Shown here: positions 1-11,790 of the stretch, one piece after another
How the letters are laid out: each line of letters begins with the position of its first letter
How positions within the stretch are numbered: position 1 is the first letter of the stretch
DNA from: Veleropilina oligotropha
Taxonomy: Eukaryota
NCBI GenBank assembly: GCA_048128005.1
Contig: JBEUKZ010000054.1
Span: forward strand, 1 to 64,000
Length of the DNA stretch: 64,000 bases
Reading direction: 5' to 3'
The notes under the pieces: generated by a model
Databases searched by the model: none
What the model saw: only the letters and a program-made list of their open reading frames with translations
Told to the model about the DNA's origin: nothing
Position numbers and translations under genes: made by a program

Positions 1-990
1 TGGTTTAATAAGTGACGTAGATGACTGTGACGGAGATGACGACATTATTGATTATTTTCACATGGTTTGTTTGTCGTGTGATTTGTGGACGCAAGGACCT
101 GCTCAACTGACCAGAATTTCATGCTTTATGTATAGCAGGTGATTTTTATGCCCTAACATGAATAACCAGGGTGTATAACATCGTTTGTAGATGACAATTT
201 ATTAAAGTACGCTATTATCAGCCAACTTTACATTGAAATATTGCAGAGTACGTTCAACTTCCACTTGCACGTGTCGGGGCATCATTCAAAATGGCGCTGT
301 ACTTGCTTGAATCTGGTCACGTGACGTGTGGAAGGCCGTTTGAACAATAAATTTTACACTTACTTTCAAACCGTGACGTAGATGACCCGAAATCAGGGAC
401 AGACAATATCGATTCTGATTTAGTCAATTATTGGTAGTAAAGAGTATACATCTGTTTTATTACTGTACACTTTGAATAAACCACACCCACACACCACACC
501 ATAATAAGACAGGAATATAGAGTATATTTCATCATAATAAAACAAAAGTATCCTTCTTTTTATTTTTGAATGATGTTGGGGACATTCTAAAAATGTATAT
601 TTCGTTGTGTGTAAAATATTTTTTTGGCAATATGTTAACACATATAGTAATATTGTATTGACAGTACATTCTATATTGATGAGAAACAATGGTCTATTCA
701 AATAAATGATACTTGATTTAAAAATTAATCTGTTTACACTACATGGGAAGGTATGGACAGTGTTTTAACCATTTACTGAAGAATGACCCATATATATATA
801 TATATATATATATATCTGTTCAATCATAAAAAAGATCAAAGAATATCAGGTCGCAGGTCGTTCTGTCCGAGATCGTCAGAGGTCACTCCAGTTTGATGAA
901 TGACTCTGTCATGATCATATGTTCACACCGAGGTCACCTCTTACCCGAACAATGCTTCTCGATACTGCGTACGGTGACTCTGTGGAGCTG

Positions 991-992
<2 letters not shown>

Positions 993-1040
<48 letters not shown>

Positions 1041-1148
1041 GCGCACACACACACCACACCACACCACGCCACACAGACACACACACACACACACACACAC
1101 ACATACCACATACAAACACCCACACACACACACACACACAAACACACA
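993..1148. repeat. Compound (CA)n/(CG)n microsatellite
   Basis: Direct reading: (CA)n, a (CG) run at ~1026-1044, then imperfect (CA)n. It accounts for the HT/VC-repeat ORFs at 915-1200. Confidence 0.97.
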
Positions 1149-1152
1149 TACA

Positions 1153-1550
1153 TACGCTCCGGAAAAGATAACATTAACGAATTTGGAACAAGGGAAATAA
1201 CTCTGTCAATAATAGCGACACGACGTCGAAACTAGGAAAAGGCTCCAGTTCAACGAGTACTTGATACACCAAGGAAGTATCGAAAAGTTACGTCGAGCGG
1301 TGTATGAGCTACGCTCCGGAAAAGATAACATTAACGAATTTAGAACAAGGGAATAACTCTGTTAATAATAGAGACACGACGTCGAAACTAGCAAAAGGCA
1401 CCAGTTCACCGAGTACTTAATACACCCATCAAGTTTCGAAAAGTTGCGTCGAGCGGTGTATGAGATATGCTCCGCAAAAGATAATTTGCACGGACGGACG
1501 AACGTTTTGCATTTTAATATCCCCAACAATTTTTTTTGCGGGGGATAAAA
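1153..1550 (+). mobile_element. 3' part of a DINE-1/HINE-like non-autonomous Helentron element
   Basis: Two ~157-bp tandem core repeats (tacgctccggaaaagataac... at ~1153 and ~1310), a cggacggacg microsatellite, then a tatcccc...gggggata stem-loop before an A tract. Confidence 0.6.
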
Positions 1551-1693
1551 ACAACATAACTACATGTTCGTTTGGACGAAGTATGGAAGGATGTTCCTGC
1601 TGAAAAACTGAGATACGGCTCCGTTGTTTTTCGACTGTGTCAAATCTAAATTAGGGTACTACACAGGGCATAAACAATTATAATTTATAAAAA

Positions 1694-2590
1694 TGTCAAA
1701 AAAATATTACACACAAACAAACTGCCATTTTGTGCGATATCTGTGACCAATGGAATCTTGTAAAATGTACAACATTATCACCAACAGACTTCCACAGATT
1801 GTCAAATTCAGAGGAACCGCGTGGTATTGCACGAATTGCGTAATACATTCAAAAATATTAACATGTCTCATCTGATGACTCATGCTTTAATCAAATAATT
1901 CAGTCAGGTGACCAGGACCCTGACAAATTTTTACCAAATTATAGAAGTAACTATGAAAGAATTGACAACAACAATATGTGCACTAGTTATAGAAAAGACA
2001 GTTATTTATTTCTATTCCATGTAAACATAATTAAGGAGCTTATCTAAGAATTTGAACCTACTCATCGATTTAATAATATGTTTACCCTTTATGCCATACG
2101 TTATCGCCATTTCTGAAACTGAATTAAATCAGAACTCCAAGGCAAATGTAGATATTGACCACTATACATTTATTAGAAAGGATTCTACTACTAATGCGGG
2201 ACGGGTAGGAATTTATATTAGAAATTCTCTAACATTCTGCATTCAAAATGATATGACACTGCAAGATGAAAACACCGAGTCATTATGGATTGAGATAAAG
2301 AAGTTAAATGAGAGAAAACCGACAGTAATAGCGTCTGTATACAGACACCATGGAACTAATACGGTAGATTTTCAAAATGCATTAGAATCTGTTCTCATAA
2401 ACTTAAATAGGAAAAGAACGCGTTTTTATATTATTAGTGATTTTAATATCGATTTATTGAAATTTGCATCGCACAACCAAACAAATAACTATATTAATAT
2501 GCTGTATGAGACCATGGCATATCCCATAATTTAGAGACCCACAAGAATAACTGAAGAATCATATCGATTAGTTGATCACATCATAATACA
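1694..2590 (+). pseudogene. Decayed LINE (CR1/L2 group): PHD finger plus APE endonuclease fragment
   Basis: Translates to CQKNITHKQTAILCDICDQW..KC...WYCTNC (PHD-like, frameshifted near 1820). Then FHVNI/RSL, IAISETEL, GRVGIYI, ESLWIEI, VYRH, DFNIDLL, *RPTRI...LVDHII (endonuclease motifs), with frameshifts and a stop. Confidence 0.85.
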
Positions 2591-2594
2591 AACG

Positions 2595-3285
2595 CGAAGG
2601 CTTATTTCGAGAAATTTTGAAATCGTAGGTCCCAGCATTCGGCCGCTACTTTAAATTAATTAAAATTTAAACCATTTTTTACAAAATCTTCTTCTCAAAA
2701 ACTGTCAAAGCCAGCGAGGTGAAACTTTCTAAAAATGAAGAACGTCTTATGATGAAGTTATATTGAGATCGGGTGTAAGACAAGATGTCGGCGGGCGTCC
2801 AAATCTAGGATAGATATTGAAATTTCAATTTTTTTTAAATGGCTCTAATTCTTATTCTGCTTCAATTAGACTGTTCAACAAGTTTCGAAAATTTAAATTT
2901 TCACAAAAAATTTAACAAAAATTTAGATTTAAAAAAAACAGTTAAATTTCCGAAAATAAATAAATATTTTCGCGAATTTTTTTTTAACTTTCTGGAAAAA
3001 ATTAAATTTTCTCTCTAGACAGGTCATTTCTTATTGTATTTTTTTCCAATTTGGTATGTGCATTGGTTTGGGTGACGACACGACGCCTATACATTTTGGG
3101 TGTGGTCTGGCCTCCAAGATGGCCGCTGTGGCATCCATCTTGAATTTTAAACCATAATGAACCATTTGGGGATATTGATGGTTTTATCTACTCGCTTCAT
3201 CTTAAAAGCAGGGATCTAGTGTTAAAATAATGAATTGCGCATGATCAGCTTGAAGCCCTGTACAGCTGCTTTGCAGTTTTAATTA
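2595..3285. mobile_element. Non-autonomous Helentron-like repeat, family A fragment
   Basis: The end motif gatcagcttgaagccc...tgcag(t/c)tttaatt recurs at ~19780-19812 and as a reverse complement at 13097-13129. The internal aaatcttcttctc motif recurs at ~10305. Confidence 0.5.
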
Positions 3286-3286
3286 T

Positions 3287-3377
3287 TAAGGCTTCCGTTG
3301 CTAAAGCACGGAAGCCTTATTGTTATTGTTCGGATTATTATTATTAAGGCTTCCGGTGCGAGAGCACGGAAGCCTTA
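3287..3377. repeat. Two stacked near-identical stem-loop termini (taaggcttccg..gc NNNN gcacggaagcctta)
   Basis: Hairpins at 3287-3319 and 3345-3377, each followed by (TTA)n, typical of Helentron/HINE ends. Confidence 0.75.
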
Positions 3378-5198
3378 TTATTATTGTAAAGATTATTATT
3401 ATTATTTTTTCCGGTATTAAAAACTGCAATAACTCAAAAACTACGCCTGGTAGAGGACTGACTGCGTAAGTATTTTTTTAATGTGTAATTGAATTTGATT
3501 GGTCAATTATTTTGGCGGCCATTTTGATTATTGTTATAATCAATTCAAATCTCTTCAAAAACCGCTAACATGTTAGTGCTGAAATCTTGGAAACCAATTC
3601 TGTATATTACGGTGATGACATGGTGTTTGTGGTCGTGGCGGTACAGCGCCCAAGATGGCCGCCGGAGTGATTTCAAGTTATGAACTTAGTGGGTTAATTT
3701 TTAATTTCGTCAAATCCAAATAAATTGTCTAATTTCGTTATGCAAAATGTAGTTCTGATGTAATTATAAATATGTCAGGAATTTTTTTTAGAAAAAAGTG
3801 TGAAATGTGAAATTAGAAGCATTTAAAGAATCAATCTAGATATTTTCTAACAAGGGGCCGTAATTAGGTAGCCACTCACACCAGACATCTCAAACTTTGA
3901 CCAGTGACAGAACGGGGCATTATCGACAACTTTGTCGCGTGATTTTAAATGTTAGTGAGTATTTAATGCAATAAGTTTTGCTCCGAAGTTAATTTATTCG
4001 AGAGGTTGCGATATTTCGAATAAATCTTTGTTTACATAACATAGCGTCACATAATTTACACTGATAAGCGACCACACTATAATCTACCATTCCTGAAAAT
4101 GTCATGCATATCCATGCAGTAATTATTGATTTATTGCGAGTTAAGTTTTGTCGACCTCGGCGTGTTTTTCTGAAATTGACAAATTTCACAATTGTATGAA
4201 ATTCGATTTAAGTACGATAAATCAACAACAATTCTCGCAGTACTTCTCTGGCCAAATGGATATAGTTCTATAATATCCCGAAGGGGACATCGCAAAATAT
4301 CGCCCTGTGCTGAAATAATTAACTTGTGTGACGTCATTGCGCGGAGTGCAGTTATAAATAAACATAATGGCCGCAGAAGTAGATGACCAATCGGTCGCCG
4401 GGAAGAAAATATTTTGCCGTTGTCGGTGAAGATGAATACAAGCCTGCAACTGTTAAAGTCATATAACAAAACAATTATTGACTTTTGTTTCGATAAATCC
4501 AATGATTTGTCCACCTCTGAAATGATATTCACCACGGTTAGCGCCTTGGTGAATATCACTTCCTCAGTGGACAAATCATTGGATTTACCTCAACAAAGTC
4601 ATTAATTGTATAATACTAACCTTTACCGACCAACGTTTCGATAGTGCGACGAGCATCTAAGATGATAGTCATACGATGAAGTATGCAAATAAGTTGTTAA
4701 TGCTAACTATCTAACTAACAACATTGATATATAACGCAAATTTACAATACATACACGTTACATGTTTTTCCCCACATTTTCAAGGTCACAGGATGCACAT
4801 TACCATTTTGTTCATTCAATTGTTTTTAGCGCGATATCTCAAGACAGAATGAATGGATTTCATTTATATTTGATGGATAGATGCCCTTGGGGATACCACA
4901 GAAACCAGCTCATTATGGTGACCTTGACGTCAATATCAAGGTCACAGAACATACTTTGCCGTTATCCTTATTTAGAAGACATTATGCATTCTTCGTACTT
5001 TTTTTCGACCCCGCTAACCAAGACATGGGACTATGTATTCACCCTCATGTGTCCATCCTTGCATCCATCCCGCCTTACATGCAGCGGGGGACTATCGCCA
5101 CTTAATGGCAACCAATTGTTTGCTTTGTGTATAACCAGGCTGCCCTGTTATTGCATTATGTTAAGGCATTACACAGGTATGCTGCAAGTCACCATATG

Positions 5199-5371
5199 CT
5201 ATAGCACAGGCGCTCGGCGCAGCGCTCCGCGCAGTAGTTCTTGGCCACGTTCGAAAGACGCCCGTCTCACAGTAACTATATAATAAAAGGAGTTACTGTG
5301 AGACGGGCGTCTTTCGAACGTGGCCAAGAACTACTGCGCGGAGCGCTGCGCCGAGCGCCTGTGTGCTATAG
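5199..5371. mobile_element. Foldback palindrome / MITE-like element
   Basis: ~79-bp GC-rich arms (5199-5277, 5291-5371) are reverse complements except for a 2-nt indel near the end, with a 13-nt AT-rich spacer. Confidence 0.9.
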
Positions 5372-5578
5372 TATACCAGTTCATCTGCCTTGCCTGCGTG
5401 ATTTGTTCAATCAGTCATTATGTTTCTACATGGTAGTTGAAAATTATTGTTAACAATAGAAATGATTTCCAACATATGCCATTTCCCATGTTTCAAAAGG
5501 CATTAGCATATGACAACATATTAACTTTATATAGCATCATTTGACTGTCATTAATAAATATTCTTCTTCATTCTGGGA

Positions 5579-6187
5579 CAAGGTTTCAACCAGCACCATC
5601 ATTGTGGCAGATATAGCCCCTGTCACAAACCCCAAGATGTGCCGAACCCCGTAGAAGCTTTAGACAATAATACAGCATGTGAAGGAGGGACCATCATTCC
5701 AAGCGCAATATCAAATCCAGAAATAAATCCTAATACGTTGGAAAGGGAACATGATGTCACTTCGCTTCCCAAGTCAAATGAATTTACATTGCAAAATTTA
5801 CATAGCAGTGTTATATCGTCTGCAGCGACATTTGTCCCCATCGCTCAGCACGCTAATGTACATGCAGCTATCACTTCATATGCCAGCTCTCTTCTTCATA
5901 CTGCTCGCTGCACAAGCGCTAATAACAAAACTACAATGTCACAAGACATCAGTGGTAGTGCATCTGTAACGATAGATGAAGTTCATGAGGAGTTATTTCT
6001 TGAATTGTTGGAAGAACGTGCAGATTCTCACGATCCAAGCCTTGCTGGAGAGCTGTCCGGTGAATTGGTCAATATCTGCCCAGTCAAAACGTCACTGGTT
6101 GTTGATTTTGTTGTATCAGAAATAATGCGTAAAAATTTTGATAGTGCGCAAACGGGTTGGTGGGGGATTTTGGAAAATTCCTCTTGA
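5579..6187 (+). CDS. Open reading frame of unknown product (Ser/Thr/Ala-rich); possible exon or transposon accessory gene
   Basis: Stop-free for ~200 codons in AT-rich DNA and convergent with the IS3EU-type transposase. No motif recognised. Confidence 0.3.
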   Translation, partial: QGFNQHHHCGRYSPCHKPQDVPNPVEALDNNTACEGGTIIPSAISNPEINPNTLEREHDVTSLPKSNEFTLQNLHSSVISSAATFVPIAQHANVHAAITSYASSLLHTARCTSANNKTTMSQDISGSASVTIDEVHEELFLELLEERADSHDPSLAGELSGELVNICPVKTSLVVDFVVSEIMRKNFDSAQTGWWGILENSS

Positions 6188-6574
6188 TCAAATGGAAGTG
6201 ATCGATTTACTGGTATCATATGTTTGTGTGTGCAAAACTCCAATGTTTCAAAGTGAATAATATATTATGACCTATAAGGAAGTATGAAAAACTTAAGAAG
6301 TTGGCACCTTAGATATGACACTGATATTACTCTATGACCAATTTCTATTAAGATATTTAATTAACGACCAATTGTTATTAGTAGATGCCCAGTGTTTAAT
6401 TGGCGAGTGTGTACACTTTCTTATTGTATTTTGTTTCTATGTAAATTACAATTGTTGCTTACTAAAGCAGTTGCTTCACAGAAATAAAATTATTTTATAT
6501 CATCGGCATGTATAGTACCTTTTTGGGCTCAGCATATATCAATACTACATTATGTTATCTAAAACGACATCAAG

Positions 6575-7447
6575 CTACATGTGTTGTTCTAGTTCAGTAA
6601 CCAGGATACCAAACAGATCCAATGCTTCCTTAATTGTTTTTGGAAAACACAATTGATACTGAAGCATCGTTGTTAATGCAATTTCTGAAAAGTTGTCATC
6701 ACATCCAATATTTTGTGTCACTTCATTACATAGCATTCTGCATTCGTTTATTATAGGCCGCTTCGGTAGCGCAGTGGGTAGAGCGTCCACTCTAACTTCA
6801 CTGGCTTGATTCCGCTAATGCGAACAGTAGTGGGTTCAATACCTGGCTGAGGCATTGAAATTTGTTCAAGTTATGAATCACAGTTGTCCATGACTGGCCG
6901 AAGAGGGCGGGTTTACCCGGGCGACCGGGGTTTCCTCTCGCGATAACACGGACATGTCCTGCCTTGAACCTCGATGTTGTAAATATACAGGACATTAAGC
7001 ATAATTCCTCCTCCTCCTCGTTTATTATATCAAAATCAACACAGGCTGAAACACCACAAGCATTGAACATTTCGGGGTAGAAATACAGGATGTCGGGTTT
7101 TCCAGTTGGCAGGTTGACGTTTTTCATCTTTCTAACATTATGATTATTCCAGTGATTTACAATCTCATTTAGCTCCTTTTGCAAAAGTGGCATAAAACAA
7201 AATCGCAAACACGAGCAATGATTTGAATCACTCAAGTCAAGGATGCCACTCACTATCCCTTGTGTCTTTAAATAAATCCATATACACTTGCACCAAACTG
7301 TTTCTCAAATACCGCCACCACCGTTCGATTCTCTGATTATGTGTAGATGATCCACAAATTACAGAGCAGTTTGCAAACGCATCACCATGGCGTTGTCTAA
7401 GCAATGTCTGAACATCTGAAATCATGACGTTTTCAGTCCCAGGGTCA
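6575..7447 (-). pseudogene. IS3EU-type (integrase-core DDE) transposase, C-terminal half
   Basis: Motifs DPGTEN, GSSTHNQRIERWW, CLRFCFMPLLQKEL...WNNH.VR, GKPDILY, P.TIKEALDLF. A frameshift lies near 7250. The frame rejoins (FDIINECRMLC) once the SINE at 6756-7017 and one TSD copy are removed. Confidence 0.8.
6756..7017 (+). mobile_element. tRNA-derived SINE with V-domain-like core
   Basis: A box TAGCGCAGTGG (6767-6777), B box GGTTCAATACC (6833-6843), core gggtttacccgggcgaccggggtttcctc, (CCT)n tail, and a perfect 12-bp TSD tcgtttattata at 6744-6755 and 7018-7029. Confidence 0.92.
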
Positions 7448-8319
7448 TTGTTCTAATATTAATATATGTATCTTGTGCATGCATCTATGAGGGGGTGGGG
7501 TTAAGCGGGGGGGGGGGGGTAGTGGGGCATATAGTGTGGCGTTAAGTGTTCCATTTAGTGCGACGTTTAGTGCGACGTTCAGTGCGACGTTCAGTGCGAC
7601 GTTTCGTGCGACGTTTCGTGCGGCGTTTAGTGCGACGTTTAGTGCGACGTTTCGTGCGACGTTTAGTGCGACGTTTTGTGTGGCGTTTCGTGCGGCGTTT
7701 AGTGCGGCGTTTCGTATTATCCCGAACCCAGTCAATCTGCCTGTTTACTGGCAAAGTTAAACAATATGAAATCGTCGTTTCATTCAGTCGTGTGGCTGGA
7801 TTGTGACGATTCAGGCATTATGCAGGGCCGTTAGCGGGGCTGTTTTCTGCGATTTATCAATGTAATTCATCAATATTATCATGGCCGTAGCCATTCGGGG
7901 GGGGGGGGGGTGCGGGGGTGCGAATAACTCCCAAAGTGTAACAAAAACAACAGAGCAATGGCTACATTTCATATTGCGACTTCTTACCTATAAAGTGGTC
8001 AAAATTGTTCATTTAGTTTGGCAAGAAATATCGCATTTGCACTCTCAAAATGATGGAGAGCCATTTCCCAATGTTAATTATTCAAACTTTTCATTTAAAC
8101 TTCTGCGCCTTTAAAAATCCTTGCTTCGATCATTATTAAACATGTCCAACCCGCCTTCAGAGTTCAAATGTATAATACTGTAGAGTCCACATTCGTTTTC
8201 TGAAATCATAGTGGCAGAAGACGCCATATCGCAGTGGTAAGCAATTCACAGCCACCCCCCCCCCCCCACCCCCACCCCCACAAGCAAAAATCCTGGATCT
8301 GCCTCTGATCATCCCATTG

Positions 8320-8802
8320 CATAATCGAAGAGTTTGTCTGACATCCTGAAGATATGATGATGATGAATTGATGTTTAATGACCACACTAACAGTATTTCA
8401 GTCATAAATCGACTCAATCAACTTTGAATGATGAAACAAATTGGTGAGTTTTGTTGACCAGCACTCTATCCGCTCGGCCATGCCTGTGCAGACATAAAGC
8501 TCCTTTGGTGTATTCACCATGGATTTGACGATTTAAATTCTCTTGTACAGATATGAACCGAATCCTTCTTCTTTATTGTATTCTTCAAGGCAAAGAGGTA
8601 AATTGTCACAATATTGTCAGCGTCAGTGTCTGATGCCATTTTACTACAGACCTGTATGGTATTCATACGTATTCACAGCGAACAGTGCTAGTTTTCGCCC
8701 GAAGTACCGCCCTCTGTTTGAACATGATTCGTGCGGAAATTCGCGCGGATAGTCGCAATGGTCGCGTTCGCGTTCGTGGTCGCTCTCTTTATAAACAGGC
8801 CT
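8320..8802 (-). mobile_element. PIF/Harbinger transposon 5' fragment
   Basis: Terminus aggcctgtttata next to TAA/TTA. The minus strand gives RRRI...NRQIHGEY and FRMSDKLFD, resembling the Harbinger N-terminal R..GEY and YFRMS...F motifs. Confidence 0.55.
8354..8489 (-). mobile_element. Internally deleted tRNA-type SINE
   Basis: A-box-like TGGCCGAGCGG, then a 3' tail atgactgaaatactgttagtgtggtcattaaacatcaat(tca)n. No clear B box. Confidence 0.55.
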
Positions 8803-11790
8803 TAAGTGCGACGTTTCGTGTGGCGTTTCGCGCGGTGTTTCGTGTGGCGTTTCGTGTGGCGTTTCGTGCGGCGTTTCGTGCGGCGTTTCGTTGGCGTTTC
8901 GTGGGGCGTTTAGTGTAAATGTCCCAGTAAACGCGTTTAGTAGGGCATTTAGTGGGGCATTTAATGGGGCATTTCGTGTGGCGTTTCGTGTGACGTTTAG
9001 TGGGACGTTTGGTGGGGCGCTTAGCGGGGTGCTTAGAGGGGCGTTTAGTGGGAGTTTAGTGGGCGCTTAGTGTGACGTTTAGTAGGGCGTTTATTGGGGC
9101 GTTTAGAATGACGTTTAGTGTGACGTTTAATGGACGTTTATTGGGTGTTTAGTGTGGCGCTTAGTGAGAGTTTAGTGGACGTTTAGTGGGGCGTTTAGTG
9201 AACGTTTAGTGGGGCGTTTAGAGGGGCATTTAGTGGGCGTCTAACGGGGCGATTAATGGGCGCTTAATGGGCGCTAAGTGGGGTATTTAGTGGGCGTTTA
9301 GTGGGGCGTTTAATTGTGGCGCTTAGTGGGTGCTTAGTGTGGCGTTTAGTAGGGTGTTTAATGGAACGTTTAGTGGGCCATTTAGTGAGCAGTTTAATTA
9401 GTGGGGCGTTTGACGGGGAGTTTTGTGGGGTATTTACAGTGGCGTTTTGTGTGAAGTTTAGTGGGGCATTTAATGGGGAGTTTAGTGAGGCGTTTAATGG
9501 GGAGTTTAGAGTGGCGTTCAGTGGGTTATTTAGTGTGGCGTTCAGTGTGGCATTTAGTGTGGCGTTTAGTGGATGTTTAGTGGGGCGTTTAATGGTGCAT
9601 TTAGTGGTGCGTTTAATGGGACATTTAATGGGGCGTTAAATGGGGCGTCTTGTGGTGCGTTTAGTGTGGCGTTTAATGGACGTTTAGTGGGAGTTTATTG
9701 TGGCGATTAATGGGGCATTTAATGTATCTTGTAGTGGGCGTTTAGTGTGACGTTTAGTGTGGCGTTAATGGGGCATTTAGTGGGGGGGGTGGTAAAGGGG
9801 GGCGAGAAATGAGGGATTTGAGCGAAATCACCCGGTTTGTAAATGGGTGTACCCACTAGTATGTTTTATGAGATTTTGGCATTTTACCTTGTATGACCTA
9901 GATAACCAAAAATGGCATAATTTACGACAATTGGTAAACAATAGCCTATGGACATTTAGAACATATTAAGTAGGCTTTCTAAGGTGACCTTGACCTTTGA
10001 CTTGGATGATCTAAATAGTCGAAAATGACATAATAACCAGAAATGCGCCAAAATAATTTCTACAATTTTTCAAAGACGAGGGGCATTCAGACGTATAACT
10101 GCTTGCAGTTCTAGTTATTATTATTATTTTTATTTTGTGATAGTTTGTTCCTTACGTATCTTTGAAACTGCAAATGTGATACATTTCAAAATTCAGAAGT
10201 GGACAGGTATAATAGGGAACTCGTGTGAATCTGCAAAATTGACTTTCTAGGAATTGCGGTTTGGATGCTATCTTGTATTTTCCAAATAATGGACCGCTTT
10301 TTAAAAAATCTTCTTCTCCAAAACCGCCAAACAGATCGAGGCGCCGCTCAGAATATATTATATAGACAATATGAAGAAATAATTTTTCACAGGAAAATTT
10401 CATCGGACGTAAAATAATGTGGCTACGGCTATTACAATCTTTAAAAAAATTGAACTTTTCACATTTTTTATATCGGTTATAAATCTTATTCAGATTGATC
10501 TATTCGTTTTAATGTTGACTGGGAAGGTTGACGCTTAATTATGTTAAGTTATGTTTGCGGCAATTTTGAATTAATTAAAATAATTCAAACATAGTTTTCT
10601 CGTTAATAGTTGCTCCGTTCGAAGTGAAAATCGGCATATGCTGACAGCATAATAATCTCTATATTGTTTTGCGATCAATGTAATTTTAACATTTTCAATA
10701 TTTTTATATCGTTTATAACTTTTATTTCGCTTCAACTGTTATTATCAAACTTCGCAGGGGGTTGGCGAATATGCTACGTTACGTTAGCTGCAAAGAGATC
10801 GTCGATTCATCTTGTGGTTACGCCGTTATATGTAATTAAAGTTTTAGTTTTAAACTTCGATAACTCAGGTTCTTGTTGGAATATAGCATTATAATTTTGA
10901 CACATTTCCTATATTATAACCATGTAAGCGTTTGCTAAATTTCGTGAGCATCGCGTGAATAGTTTCAGTTTTAGAAAAAAACATTTTCATCTCAACTCAA
11001 ATTAATCAGTGTAATCTGGTTTATGACAGCATCTCCCGGACCCAGCATGCCACTAATCTTAAAGTAAACACAATCTTCAGGTCAGCTGGGGTTGTTGTAT
11101 ATCAGTGTCTTTAGCATGTAATTAAAGCTAATTAATGATATTACTTGTGTCAACATGAGACCATTGGGCTATCAGGGATCAAAGCAGAAACTGGTCTGCC
11201 GCAATCAACACCATGGATCCGTTATATCCCTTTTAATGTAAGCTTATGACCAAACACAGCAAAGACGATCAGCAATACACCACCAGTGTAATAAGATAAT
11301 ACGATTGTTTAAGTGCATTCAGAAGAACAAATATATTGTGATTAAACACTCTCATATATGAAATTATCTTGTCAATGAACATTTACCTATGATAAAAACT
11401 ACGCATGCTAATTTACAGATAATTTAGCATGTGGCAAACAAAGATATCTTGTAACAGCAATCAAGAAATAGAAAGTTTTAGTCGTGAACAGTTCCCTTAA
11501 ACAATGCAGGTTCTGTATACTTAATTATCGAATCTAAAACATAACCCTTTTATAAATTGAACAACTGTAGTTGACGCAACAAAATAAAAAGAGGCAAAGC
11601 TTCATTGCGCTTTCCGATTCTGCGCAATTCGGGATACATGCAACATACATAATAGATTAATAACTTGTGCACAATTCGCGAATCTTGTCTAATCAAAATT
11701 AGTCAGGCACTTTCCTTCTGTATTTGATGTGTTATTTATAATTATATATATAATACCCGGCTAGTATTGTTAATAAATTTATAACTATAA

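Larger units (their letters stand above)
7555..9780. repeat. ~12-bp GT-rich minisatellite (gtgcgacgttta / gtggggcgttta), interrupted at ~7716-8804
   Basis: Visible 11-12-bp periodicity at 7555-7715 and 8805-9780, more degenerate to the right. Confidence 0.9.
7452..9859 (+). mobile_element. Non-autonomous Helitron-like element carrying a ~12-bp minisatellite
   Basis: Starts TCTAATATTAATA and ends with hairpin caccc...gggtg plus CTAG|T. It truncates the transposase at 7447. Confidence 0.55.

Noticed and set aside
915..1200. His/Thr- and Val/Cys-repeat ORFs
   Set aside because: Translations of the (CA)n microsatellite.
6756..6850. tRNA gene
   Set aside because: A and B boxes are present, but there is no convincing cloverleaf and it continues into a SINE body with tail and TSD.
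7445..9639. Repetitive ORFs (TKRR, ATFS, NVAL, FSGA repeats)
   Set aside because: Products of the 12-bp minisatellite, with no independent coding evidence.
11190..11260. Possible N-terminal IS3EU motif on the minus strand (GHKL...IHGVD)
   Set aside because: It lacks WHxD and DGxSR and contains a stop, too weak to assign.
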